Shown: positions 26,977-36,195, counted from the stretch's first letter. The stretch is DNA of 42,887 bases from Candidatus Krumholzibacteriia bacterium (GCA_047639735.1 JBLIOK010000001.1:1-42887); one strand, 5' to 3'. Notes: a model not told the origin generated them from the sequence alone. Made by a program: numbers and translations.

Positions 26977-28479
26977 CTAGTTGGTGCGCACCATTTCGAC
27001 TCTACGATTGATGGCTCTGCCCTCATCAGTGCCATTGCTTGCAAGCGGAACATCTTGACCGTAACCGACTGAAGTCAAGCGAGCAGCTTCTACCCCATGC
27101 CCTATCAAGTAATTCTTTACCGTTTCCGCGCGGCGGCTCGAAATATCCAGGTTATAGGCGGGAGAGCCGGTGCTGTCGGTGTGGCCCTGGATTTCAAAAT
27201 TTAATTCGGGATGCGCTTGTAACTGGGTCACAACATCATCCAACACGGTAAATGATTCGTTCACCAATTCGGCGGAGTTAAAGGCAAATGTCACGCCCAT
27301 AAGAACGACCGCGTTTTCGAGAGCGGCTTCGTGCGGGCAACCGTTTTCTCGCACCGCAACACCAACCGGAGTGTCGGGGCATTCGTCGGCTGCGTCTAAT
27401 ACGCCGTCGCCGTCGTTGTCGTTATCGGGACAACCATCGTCATCTTCGAATCCATCAAGATCTTCGGCGTCGTCGGGGCACAGGTCGAAGGCATCGATCA
27501 CACCGTCACCGTCATTGTCCGGATCAGGGCAACCGTCGCTGTCACGATATCCGTCGAGGTCTTCGGCATCGTCGGGGCACAAATCAACGGCATCTAGCAC
27601 TCCGTCGCCGTCGTTGTCTTCATCGGGGCAGCCGTCTTGGTCGCGATAGCCATCAAAGTCTTCTGGTTCATTTGGACAAGCGTCATCTTCGTTCTTGATG
27701 CCGTCACCATCGTTGTCGCCAGAGCCCCCAAAATACCAGGTGCCGCCCACAAACATGTCCCAACGACCGGAGTTGATATCTGCCTGTTCGGGCCCCCACA
27801 ATACGCTAGAACCAACGTTGTCTTTGTCATTGCCCAAGATGAATGCGTAGCGTGCGCCCACATCAAGACTGAATGATTCGCTGAGGAAATACTCGGCGCC
27901 TAGGTTGAATCCTAGGTTAAAGTTTGTGCCTTCAAGCGGCGTAAGGTTTCCGTCACCGTCATACCCGGTGACCGTGGGGCCATCGGGAAAAATGCCCGTG
28001 TTGCCGCGTCCATTGCCATCAATCACATGCCAACCCATCACACCCAACTGGGCCCCGGCGTAAGGACCGAATCGTTTATCGGGCGAAAAATGGTACCGAG
28101 TTCCCACATAGCCAGTGGTCATGCTCGTGTAAAAGGCGTGCACGGATCCGAAGCCAAAACCAGCGTCTTCGCCTTGCAATGCACCGGGGCGATTGTAGCC
28201 GTAGTTCAAGCCCACTTCGAATGACCACTGAGGAGTGTATCCGCGTCGTAACCAGATTCCGATGTTTTGATCTACGTTAGAATAATCGTGATCGCCGCCA
28301 ACCAGTTTTTGGATGCCCAATTGCATGCCGATGCCCGTGCGGTCCACCAAGCTATTGGCGCAAGCGACAGAGGCAGCGCCGAAGCTGAAGACGATAGTAA
28401 GAACGATATTTCGCAGCACCAAATACTCCCAAACGGTTCTCACATCGTTGCGGATGTCAGAAAACTTGAATTGGTTCAT
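26977..28479 (-). CDS. OmpA-family outer-membrane protein with N-terminal beta-barrel and thrombospondin type 3 (TSP3) calcium-binding repeats
   Basis: ATG 28479 follows GGTGGAG. A Gly/aromatic-rich barrel region comes first. Repeated DxDxDGxxDxxDxCP units follow (..DGCPDEDNDGDGVLDAVDLCPDDAEDLDGYRD..). The OmpA C-domain reads ..FEIQGHTDSTGSPAYNLDISSRRAETV..NRRVEMV. Confidence 0.85.
   Translation of the reverse strand: MNQFKFSDIRNDVRTVWEYLVLRNIVLTIVFSFGAASVACANSLVDRTGIGMQLGIQKLVGGDHDYSNVDQNIGIWLRRGYTPQWSFEVGLNYGYNRPGALQGEDAGFGFGSVHAFYTSMTTGYVGTRYHFSPDKRFGPYAGAQLGVMGWHVIDGNGRGNTGIFPDGPTVTGYDGDGNLTPLEGTNFNLGFNLGAEYFLSESFSLDVGARYAFILGNDKDNVGSSVLWGPEQADINSGRWDMFVGGTWYFGGSGDNDGDGIKNEDDACPNEPEDFDGYRDQDGCPDEDNDGDGVLDAVDLCPDDAEDLDGYRDSDGCPDPDNDGDGVIDAFDLCPDDAEDLDGFEDDDGCPDNDNDGDGVLDAADECPDTPVGVAVRENGCPHEAALENAVVLMGVTFAFNSAELVNESFTVLDDVVTQLQAHPELNFEIQGHTDSTGSPAYNLDISSRRAETVKNYLIGHGVEAARLTSVGYGQDVPLASNGTDEGRAINRRVEMVRTN
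27334..27723 (-). repeat. Coding tandem repeats (TSP3-type Asp/Cys units) inside the OmpA gene
   Basis: About four units of ~33 aa: DGCPDxDNDGDGV(L/I)DAxDxCPDDAEDLDG(Y/F)xD. Confidence 0.7.
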
Positions 28480-28571
28480 CGCTCCACCTAAACTATCGCC
28501 TATCGCAACTGGCTGCAAATGTTATAGAGTCGCGATTCTGATGAGCGCGCCACATCACCGAAAGAAAAGGC

Positions 28572-29588
28572 ATGTCCATAATCTTTAAAGATCATAAATT
28601 GCAACGGGAGATGGAAACCGCTCTCGCGGCAGTCCGCCAAGCGGGATTACTTTGCCGTGCTGTTCAGGCTGAAATTGACCTGGGCGCCGAATCGAAACAG
28701 GACAAGAGTCCTGTCACCATTGCGGATTTTGGCAGCCAAGCGTTGATCTGCCGAGCCCTGGGCGAAGTGTTTCCCGACGATCCCGTCATCGGTGAAGAAG
28801 ACGCCGCCATGCTGCAAGAAGATGGCCACGAAAACATGCTCACTCGCGTGCTTGGCCACGTTGGACAATACGTTTCGCCCGCTTCGAGCGCCGATGTCTG
28901 TGCTTGGATTGACCGTGGCAATGCGAAGACATACAGCGACCGGTTTTGGACTTTGGACCCCATCGACGGCACCAAAGGATTTTTGCGCGGCCAGCAATAC
29001 GCCATCGCGTTGGCGCTAATCATTGAAGGCGAAGTTGCCCTGGCGGTGCTCGGCTGCCCCAATCTTGGCACCTCTTTGGCCGCTGAACGTGGCGACGGCA
29101 CCTTGATGGCTGCAATAGCAGGTGAAGGAACCTGGCAAATGCCGCTCGTCGGTGAAGGTGTCGGTGTGCGTGTGAACGTGAGTCCGCAAAACGACACTGC
29201 CCAAATTCGTTTCTGCGAATCAGTAGAAGCCGCCCACTCTTCCCATAGCGATTCGGCGCGCATCGCAACCGAATTACAAATAGAAGCTGAGCCCGCTCGA
29301 CTCGATAGCCAAGCCAAGTACGCAGTGGTTTCGCGGGGCGAAGCCGAGGTCTATTTGCGCTTACCACGCGACAGCAAATACCAAGAGAAAATTTGGGACC
29401 ACGCGGCTGGAGTGCTGTGCGTTGCTGAGGCAGGCGGGCAGATCACAGATGTGCCCGGAAATCCGTTGGACTTTTCTCAGGGCTACACCCTGTCAAAAAA
29501 TTCGGGCGTTATTGTGAGCAATGGCTCGCTGCACGAAAATGTGCTGCGAGCCATTACAAAGCTGGGCATTGGACGTTTTGACGGCTAG
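28572..29588 (+). CDS. 3'(2'),5'-bisphosphate nucleotidase, HAL2/SAL1-like (inositol monophosphatase superfamily)
   Basis: DKSPVTIADF, WTLDPIDGTKGF and WDHAAG motifs. At 338 aa it resembles the eukaryote-like HAL2 type rather than short CysQ. Confidence 0.8.
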   Translation: MSIIFKDHKLQREMETALAAVRQAGLLCRAVQAEIDLGAESKQDKSPVTIADFGSQALICRALGEVFPDDPVIGEEDAAMLQEDGHENMLTRVLGHVGQYVSPASSADVCAWIDRGNAKTYSDRFWTLDPIDGTKGFLRGQQYAIALALIIEGEVALAVLGCPNLGTSLAAERGDGTLMAAIAGEGTWQMPLVGEGVGVRVNVSPQNDTAQIRFCESVEAAHSSHSDSARIATELQIEAEPARLDSQAKYAVVSRGEAEVYLRLPRDSKYQEKIWDHAAGVLCVAEAGGQITDVPGNPLDFSQGYTLSKNSGVIVSNGSLHENVLRAITKLGIGRFDG

Positions 29589-30052
29589 AAAAAGAAGGCC
29601 AAACGGAAGGCGTAGTATTCTGCGTCTTCGGTCATTTTATAGCGCAGACTAGCGTCGATCATTTTTTTGCGAATACCGACATTTGGCACCAAGCCCCACT
29701 CATCGACGTTCGTGTAATATCCGCCTTCGGCTCCAATATAGAGCATACCAAAATCGACCTGCGGACCGACGGCAAACTCCCACATTGAAAAACTTTCCGT
29801 CTTCACGTTGGTGCCTTCAAACAGGGTTCTGCCCTCGAAGTTGTACCAACCCAGGCTAAGGGTCACGTCGACGATACCAGACAATGGGTAGTCAAAAACC
29901 GATGACAATCCATAGCCATCGCCGACAAGGCCTTCGAAATTACCCTTTGGCTTGGCATAACTGACGGCTAAGCCACCGGTTTTTTGGGCCAAGGCGCTCG
30001 ATGCGCTGCCCATGATACTCAGTGCCAATATAGCCCACAAAATCCGTTTCAT
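29585..30052 (-). CDS. Small outer-membrane beta-barrel protein
   Basis: AGGAGAG SD. Signal peptide MKRILWAILALSIMGSASSALA. Alternating hydrophobic strands and a C-terminal aromatic ..FRLAFFF. Confidence 0.6.
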   Translation of the reverse strand: MKRILWAILALSIMGSASSALAQKTGGLAVSYAKPKGNFEGLVGDGYGLSSVFDYPLSGIVDVTLSLGWYNFEGRTLFEGTNVKTESFSMWEFAVGPQVDFGMLYIGAEGGYYTNVDEWGLVPNVGIRKKMIDASLRYKMTEDAEYYAFRLAFFF

Positions 30053-30161
30053 TCTTCACTCTCCTGAGGCAAGTTTCCGGCGCCGTTCGAAATCCGGTCG
30101 CCTTTTTCATCTATCCAGACCATATTCTGATACACGGATGACCAATCGTACAGGAGAAAGC

Positions 30162-31400
30162 ATGCTCATCGTGATCGGCGGCGGCCCCGCCGGCTATTTT
30201 AGTGCCATTCGCGCCCGCGAAATGGCACCCAAACGCCCTGTGATCCTGCTCGAAAAAGGATCTGTGGTCTTGCGCAAAGTCGCCATCAGTGGCGGCGGCC
30301 GCTGCAATGTTACCCATGCCTGTTATGACCCCAGTGAATTGGTGACCCATTACCCTCGCGGTGAGCGGGAATTGCGGGGACCATTTCATGCCTTCGGTCC
30401 CAACGAAACCGTGGCCTGGTTTGCTGAACGCGGTGTCGCGTTAAAGACGGAACCGGACGGGAGAATGTTTCCGGACACCAACTCGGCCAAGACGATCGTC
30501 AACTGCGTTCGGAGAGTTGCCGAATTGGCCGGCGTCGAAGTGCGCACAGGAAAAGCGGTGACCAGCCTTGTCAAAACGACAAACGGCTTTGAAGCCAGCT
30601 TGAATGATGGGTCGGTCTTGTCGGCCGATGCCGTCGTGATCGCCGCCGGAGGCCAAACGTCTGGTGGCGGGTCAGGCTACGACTTGGCCGAATCGTTAGG
30701 GCACAGTATTGTGCCTCCCGTTCCATCGCTCTACACATTCAAAATCCAAGACCCTATTCTGACGGATTTGCCCGGAGTTGTGGCTCCCCACGCCACCGTA
30801 AAAGTGCTGGGCGCCAAAAAACTGACAGAAACGGGCCCCGTGCTCGTTACCCATTGGGGCCTTAGCGGTCCGGCCATATTGCGTCTTTCAGCTTGGGGTG
30901 CCCGCCAACTGTTTGAGATGGACTATAAGCATCAAATTGCCATCAATTGGTGTCCCGAGTTCAGCCTTGCTCAAATCAATGAAGTGTTGATGGGCGCCAC
31001 CCGCGATCACGGCAAGCAGCAGGTGCGCAACGCGTGCCCAGTCGAATTGCCCAAGCGATTGTGGCAAGCTTTAGTCGTCGCCGCTGACATCGCGCAAGAA
31101 ACGCGTTGGGCCGAGGTGAACAAAAAGCAGCGCACCACTTTGGCGCGCCGCATTGTTGACTGCATTTTTGACGTCGATGGCAAAACCACCAACAAAGAAG
31201 AATTCGTTACTTCTGGTGGCGTATCATTGAAAGAAGTGAACTTCAAAACCATGGGCAGCCGAGTTTGCGAAGGGCTGTTTTTCGCCGGTGAAGTGCTCAA
31301 CATCGACGGCATCACCGGTGGCTTCAATTTCCAATCATGTTGGACCACCGGTTATCTGGCTGGCGAAGGCATGGCCAGATTTTCGGCTGCAAAAGACTGA
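30162..31400 (+). CDS. HI0933/BaiN-like NAD(P)/FAD-dependent oxidoreductase
   Basis: AGGAGA SD (30152-30157) precedes ATG 30162. Dinucleotide motif IGGGPAGYF. ISGGGRCNVTH. C-terminal FFAGEVLNIDGITGGFNFQ. The track start 30012 would overlap the neighbouring gene. Confidence 0.8.
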   Translation: MLIVIGGGPAGYFSAIRAREMAPKRPVILLEKGSVVLRKVAISGGGRCNVTHACYDPSELVTHYPRGERELRGPFHAFGPNETVAWFAERGVALKTEPDGRMFPDTNSAKTIVNCVRRVAELAGVEVRTGKAVTSLVKTTNGFEASLNDGSVLSADAVVIAAGGQTSGGGSGYDLAESLGHSIVPPVPSLYTFKIQDPILTDLPGVVAPHATVKVLGAKKLTETGPVLVTHWGLSGPAILRLSAWGARQLFEMDYKHQIAINWCPEFSLAQINEVLMGATRDHGKQQVRNACPVELPKRLWQALVVAADIAQETRWAEVNKKQRTTLARRIVDCIFDVDGKTTNKEEFVTSGGVSLKEVNFKTMGSRVCEGLFFAGEVLNIDGITGGFNFQSCWTTGYLAGEGMARFSAAKD

Positions 31401-31414
31401 GAAAAGCCTGCGGC

Positions 31415-33505
31415 CTACTCAGTTTCAGGCTTGCCCCAATCACCCAACAAATTCAAATCTTCTGAGATATCGAGGGCAGGCATGGGACCGTCCCACGGGT
31501 TGTCTGCCAGCAGATAGTAATCAAACCATGCGATCACCCGATTGAGAAAGTCGGTCCGGCCAAAGCGCTTGTTATTGCCGTGACCTTCGCCCGGATAGTA
31601 AATCAAACGCACCGAAGGGTGCCCTGACATTTTAAGCGCGCGAAACATTTCTTGGGCCTGACTAAAATGGACACGGTGATCGCGGTCGCCATGCAGAATC
31701 AAAAGCGGAGTCTTGTTTTTTTCGGCGTGCCGAACCGGGCTGCGTTCATGCATCACGTCCCACATTTCACGGACGGGTTTTCCCATGTGCACATATTCAT
31801 CTTCATAGGGGATATTGGTCAGGAACCTCTTGCTGACCAAATCGCTGACGCCGACAAAAGTTGCCCCGGCTGCGAAGCGGTCGCTGTAAGTCGAGGTCAA
31901 CCAATTGGTGGCAAAGCCGCCATAGCTGCCACCCATTACCGCAACTCTATCCGGATCAACCAAACCTTCGGCGATCAAGTGATCAAGGCCGTCAACAATA
32001 TCGTCGAATTCTTTGCCAGCCGGATCTCCATAGCTAGACATTGCAAATTCATAACCACGGCCAGTGCTGCCGCGATAGTTGGGCATAAACACGCCGTACC
32101 CTTGAGCAGTAAATGCTTGTCCAGGAACCGCATAGCGCGTTAGCCAACCGTTGGTCAAATTGGACTCTGGGCCTCCATGTACGTAGACCACCAAAGGAAA
32201 TGTGCCTGATTCATATCCCACCGGCATCATTAACATGCCTTCGATTTCCAAGCCGTCCCTAGCAACCCACGTCACGACCTTTTGCTCGCCCAACTCCACG
32301 TCGTCCAGCACCGCGTTGTGGTTGGTCAACCGTTTCAATTCACTCATGCCGTTCCACGAATACAACTCGCCTGGTGCTTGAGGAGTGTTGCCCACCACGA
32401 CCATGTTTTTTGCTTTCGGGTGAGTGGACGGCATGCCAACGATGACACCCGTTTTTTCGCCGTTCAGCAGAACCCGACGATCTTCAGGGTCGCCTCCCCT
32501 ACTTATTGTGCTCAGCGTTGGGTACACACCTTCATCGGCGCGGTACAGCAAGGTCTTATTGTCGCGCCATACGGCACTGCGAATGTGACCAGAAAAATTT
32601 TCGGGTGTTAGTGACTTGTTGTTCGAGCCGTCGAGTTCACATACAAAAAGCGTGCTAACAGCGTGGTCTTTTTGCGACGATGCGCCCGTCCAAGCCAGGT
32701 GCTTACTATCAGGACTGATATCATACGTGCCCAATTTTCCCGGTGCGTCGATGATGAGTTCGCTTGTGCCGTCCGCCAAGTTCAAACGATAAACGTCTTG
32801 AAAAACATACTTTTCATCGATGAGGTTGCGCGCGCTTGCGGTGTAGATGATCCACTGGCCATCGGGACTGGCTTTGATACTCCAAATCGCAACACCCGAC
32901 AAATGAACCGTGGCTGAATCTGGCAGAACGCCATACTCGAAAGGCACGGCGGACATGAGGCTGGATTTGAGGTCTTCTTCAAAAGGCGCGATATTAAAGC
33001 CTTTTTTATTCAGCTCTTTTTCCCGGTCTGTTGGTGCCTCGGTGGCGAAATAGTAGAACGAATTTCCATCGGCGCTCCAGGTGTAGCCAGCAATCCCTGA
33101 CGGGCTATCAGTGGCAGCCTTCGCTTCACCACCGTGCAAAGGCATTACCCAGACCTGTTTTTCTGCATCGGCGCCGCGAGTGGTCAAAAAACTCAAATAT
33201 TTGCCATCTGGTGAAAACTGAGGACCGCTGGCTGACGCCTTGCCCGTGGCAAAAGGCAAAACCTTTTGGGACTCCAAATGCATCACCCAAATATTTGTCC
33301 ATGCGTTACCGGGTTTGTCATTCAGGGCACGGTTTTGACTGGTTGTGAAGGCAGCATATTCACCGTCGGGTGAAAGTTTTGCCGAACGCACATGCTGCAA
33401 GTCCAGCAGCTGATCTGGCGTTAAGCCGGCGGACAAAGCACCGCTGGCGCCCAGCACAAAGGGCAACACAAACAACGAAACCAAATATCTGAATAGAAAC
33501 TTCAT
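31415..33505 (-). CDS. Secreted S9-family serine peptidase (beta-propeller plus alpha/beta-hydrolase)
   Basis: GGAGA SD and ATG 33505. Signal peptide MKFLFRYLVSLFVLPFVLGASGA. Nucleophile GGSYGGF. ..LILHGDRDHRV.. and ..YPGEGHG.. complete the triad context. Confidence 0.85.
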   Translation of the reverse strand: MKFLFRYLVSLFVLPFVLGASGALSAGLTPDQLLDLQHVRSAKLSPDGEYAAFTTSQNRALNDKPGNAWTNIWVMHLESQKVLPFATGKASASGPQFSPDGKYLSFLTTRGADAEKQVWVMPLHGGEAKAATDSPSGIAGYTWSADGNSFYYFATEAPTDREKELNKKGFNIAPFEEDLKSSLMSAVPFEYGVLPDSATVHLSGVAIWSIKASPDGQWIIYTASARNLIDEKYVFQDVYRLNLADGTSELIIDAPGKLGTYDISPDSKHLAWTGASSQKDHAVSTLFVCELDGSNNKSLTPENFSGHIRSAVWRDNKTLLYRADEGVYPTLSTISRGGDPEDRRVLLNGEKTGVIVGMPSTHPKAKNMVVVGNTPQAPGELYSWNGMSELKRLTNHNAVLDDVELGEQKVVTWVARDGLEIEGMLMMPVGYESGTFPLVVYVHGGPESNLTNGWLTRYAVPGQAFTAQGYGVFMPNYRGSTGRGYEFAMSSYGDPAGKEFDDIVDGLDHLIAEGLVDPDRVAVMGGSYGGFATNWLTSTYSDRFAAGATFVGVSDLVSKRFLTNIPYEDEYVHMGKPVREMWDVMHERSPVRHAEKNKTPLLILHGDRDHRVHFSQAQEMFRALKMSGHPSVRLIYYPGEGHGNNKRFGRTDFLNRVIAWFDYYLLADNPWDGPMPALDISEDLNLLGDWGKPETE

Positions 33506-33580
33506 CGGGGATCTCCATGGTCGGGGAAGAGTATTAGGCGGCGGCAACATACCATAAAAGAGGCGCTATCGCCGCAACAT

Positions 33581-34060
33581 TTAGTCGATAACCCGCTGCA
33601 TGTTTTGTTTGAGCTTGGCGATCGTTTGCGCCGCTTGCCGAACCTCCTCGGCGTCAAATTCATGAACCAGGAACTTCATCATGCCGCCCTCTTTGCGCAT
33701 CGCTTCGCGAATCATCTCGAGGCCCTGCGGCGTGAGATCTAAAAAGCGTGACCGACGATGGGCTGGATTAGGCTTTGTGACCAAAATGCCTGACGCCAAC
33801 AAGGGGTTGGCGGTCGACTGTATGTATTGGCGGGAAACATTGCGGTTTCGCGCAAGCGCGGGGACTGTGGTGGGCCCCCGTTTTTTGAGCTCCAAGAGCA
33901 GCGAGCGTTCCGACATGGTCAGCTTTTGCTCGGCGTGCAAACTTTCAGCAGCCTGTTTTAGCATTTCGGCCAACGCCCGTGTCGCGCCGATGAGTTCATT
34001 GAGTGCAAACAGAGATTGGCGGTTGTCACTGGTTATATCGGGGCTGTGGTGGTCGTACAT
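33581..34060 (-). CDS. MarR family transcriptional regulator
   Basis: Winged HTH ..LLLELKKRGPTTVPALARNRNVSRQYIQSTANPLLASGILV.. ATG 34060 is preceded by GGAG; the track start 34111 has no SD. Confidence 0.8.
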   Translation of the reverse strand: MYDHHSPDITSDNRQSLFALNELIGATRALAEMLKQAAESLHAEQKLTMSERSLLLELKKRGPTTVPALARNRNVSRQYIQSTANPLLASGILVTKPNPAHRRSRFLDLTPQGLEMIREAMRKEGGMMKFLVHEFDAEEVRQAAQTIAKLKQNMQRVID

Positions 34061-34110
34061 GGTCACTCCATTGCTTGAAGGAGTGGTCACTTTAGCAAGG
34101 ACATGAGACA

Positions 34111-34131
34111 TATAGCAAGTCTATTGTCATA
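34111..34131. promoter_or_regulatory. Imperfect palindrome upstream of the MarR gene (candidate auto-operator)
   Basis: TATAGCAA gtcta TTGTCATA (6/8 complementary), 51-71 nt upstream of ATG 34060. TAGCAAG also recurs at 34093-34099. Confidence 0.25.
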
Positions 34132-34191
34132 TATTTTACAGCGCGACAAGTCACCATCAAACCGGCCACACACACTTGTCAACCTAGTTGT

Positions 34192-35010
34192 CTACTTTCC
34201 GCTTATTTTCTTGGCAACAACCCAATGTGCGTTACCCAGTCCGGCAAGATTCAGGACCCATTGTTTGATTAAAGCCAATTTGAGCCGGATTCCTTCTTCC
34301 ATACCGGACCCGCTGACCGTGCGTGACGAAACGACCTCGAAGCTGGTTCGGTGCAGCAATGAATGCAGACCCTGGCGCGAAAACAGGTTCAGGTGTTGGG
34401 CGGGATCTCGCATTTCCCAGCTCGAGCCTTGGAGCCGGCCACGAAGGCTTTTGGTGTTGGGAGTTTGGATCAAAAGAAGTCCGTTGGGTTTGAGCATTTG
34501 CCAGCAGTTCGCCAACATTTGCTCAGGGTCCGTGACATGCTCCAACACATCAACCGCCATAACGGCGTCATAGGCAGGTCCTTCAGCAACGAACTCCAAC
34601 ACATTGACAACATTGATTGTCGATTGTGGATTCTTCTGAGACGCCAGCGAGGCCAGTTCAGCAGAAAGCTCTAGAGCGTCGCCCTGCCAGCCTCTTTTTT
34701 GAGCCAACTCCAGCAGAACTCCTGAGCCGCATCCGACTTCCATGAGGCGGCAACCGGGCACCTCTTTTTCCAATTCGTTTTCTAGACTGACCAGATGCCT
34801 TAAGAAGTATTTTTGCCGCGACGCCTCAAGGTCGGCCTGGCGTCGCACGCCCTCTTTCCCCTCAAAAACGACGTTTGGTTGCTTTTTAGGGACAGGAAAG
34901 AGAAAAAGCCCAGAGCACCTAGTACACTGACAATACACATTGTCATAATGAACACCCGCCTGCACCAAACAGAAATTTTGGCACATAGGACACCGCAAAA
35001 GGTCAGTCAC
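34192..35010 (-). CDS. Class I SAM-dependent methyltransferase with N-terminal Cys4 zinc ribbon
   Basis: Motif I VGCGSGVLLE. N-terminal CPMC..(17)..CQCTRC. The GTG start overlaps the upstream stop (GTGA). Confidence 0.8.
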   Translation of the reverse strand: MTDLLRCPMCQNFCLVQAGVHYDNVYCQCTRCSGLFLFPVPKKQPNVVFEGKEGVRRQADLEASRQKYFLRHLVSLENELEKEVPGCRLMEVGCGSGVLLELAQKRGWQGDALELSAELASLASQKNPQSTINVVNVLEFVAEGPAYDAVMAVDVLEHVTDPEQMLANCWQMLKPNGLLLIQTPNTKSLRGRLQGSSWEMRDPAQHLNLFSRQGLHSLLHRTSFEVVSSRTVSGSGMEEGIRLKLALIKQWVLNLAGLGNAHWVVAKKISGK

Positions 35011-36131
35011 TTGACCAACTCAAACTCGACGGAGCCCATAGGTTGGCCACTAACCAGCACCTCAATCTTATGTGTCCCAGGATATAGCCGTCGTACCGAC
35101 CGTGGCACAAAGGCATGATTCTTTTGCAGGCTCAGCGTCTCGCCAGGCGCCACTTCTACGTTCTTCCACTTGAACACCTTGGCGGAAACCCTCCCGGCCG
35201 CTCGCTGGTGGTGCACAGCGTAGTCGACGACCAGCTTCTGTTTTTTCTTGCCGGTTGAAACAAGCTGTAACGAGATTTCCTGGGTGCCGCCCACCCGCAA
35301 CCGGCCATGCGCCAGCGCAAGCTTGGCATTAATATTGGGCTTCGTGGTGAACCCCAATACACTCAAAGCACGCGGGTCTCCTTTTTTTATCAGGGTTCGC
35401 AGGCCGTGCTTCACCAGCGCTTTGCGCTCGTCCGATGCGCCCTGCCACCAATCGCGAGCCAAATCCGTCGTGATTCGCGGGTGATCTTTTGCCACGTCAT
35501 TCAGGTGATTTGCTACCGATCGCCTCACGTATTCCGACTCATCATCCTTGAGCGACTCTAGCAGCGCCAGCGCAGGTTTTGGGTCTTCCCGAAATACCGG
35601 CAATTGCACCCCCCAAGGCAGCAATGGGCGTGTACCCTCAGAAACTAGGCGACGAACGTGATGGTCGGAATCGTCTAGCCAGGTGCTGAAGACAGCCAGA
35701 GTTGCCTTCGAGTCGGCCAAAATGAAGGGACGTACCGCAAATTCGGCCGAAAAAACAGAAGTCAGCTGGCGCAAGGCGGCTAACGAAGCCTCGGCCTTGT
35801 CCACGCCGCGACTGCCAACCCAATCGACCACCGGCCAGGGAGCGAAGAAGTTTTGGGCTGTGGACTGTCCATCGTTGCGCAACATATCGCCCGCTGCCAC
35901 AACAGTATCCAAAGCGGCCAGGTAGTCGGTGGGCAATTGTCTGTCGAGGCATTGAATAAAATGATTCACGCGCGCCTTGAGTTCGAGTTGGGCCAAGCCT
36001 CGCATGACTTGCCTTTGAAACTGTTGGCCGTCGAATGACGGATCAATCTGCTCAAACGCGGACCGCAACCGCTGTGCAGCCTCGCGTCCAAGACCGTCCT
36101 TCATCAATGGTTGTGGTGATTTGGCGGGCAT
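35007..36131 (-). CDS. HEAT-repeat 'DNA alkylation repair enzyme' family protein (YhaZ/COG4335-like)
   Basis: ..SAEFAVRPFI.., ..HHVRRLVSEGTRPLLPWG.. and ..DESEYVRRSVANHLNDVAKDHP.. match my recollection of this family. At 374 aa it includes the usual C-terminal beta region. Confidence 0.65.
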   Translation of the reverse strand: MPAKSPQPLMKDGLGREAAQRLRSAFEQIDPSFDGQQFQRQVMRGLAQLELKARVNHFIQCLDRQLPTDYLAALDTVVAAGDMLRNDGQSTAQNFFAPWPVVDWVGSRGVDKAEASLAALRQLTSVFSAEFAVRPFILADSKATLAVFSTWLDDSDHHVRRLVSEGTRPLLPWGVQLPVFREDPKPALALLESLKDDESEYVRRSVANHLNDVAKDHPRITTDLARDWWQGASDERKALVKHGLRTLIKKGDPRALSVLGFTTKPNINAKLALAHGRLRVGGTQEISLQLVSTGKKKQKLVVDYAVHHQRAAGRVSAKVFKWKNVEVAPGETLSLQKNHAFVPRSVRRLYPGTHKIEVLVSGQPMGSVEFELVK

Positions 36132-36195
36132 GAAAAGAGTCCCAATCTTTCGCCATGAATATCGGTCAATGTCGAAATGATCAGTGACAGATTAG

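Noticed and set aside
27334-27723. Periodic ~100-nt repeats that might superficially suggest a CRISPR or other non-coding array.
   Set aside because: The repeats are in frame within the OmpA gene and encode TSP3 Asp/Cys units. There are no unique spacers and no cas genes.
28664-29317. Long antisense or alternate-frame ORFs, for example 28664-29317 (-), 11369-12019 (+), 8368-8880 (-), 25083-25580 (-) and 3207-3689 (-).
   Set aside because: They lie entirely inside well-supported genes with clear family motifs. Their composition is the low-complexity, Arg/Ala/Ser-rich kind typical of shadow frames in GC-rich coding DNA, and they have no SD and no recognisable motifs.
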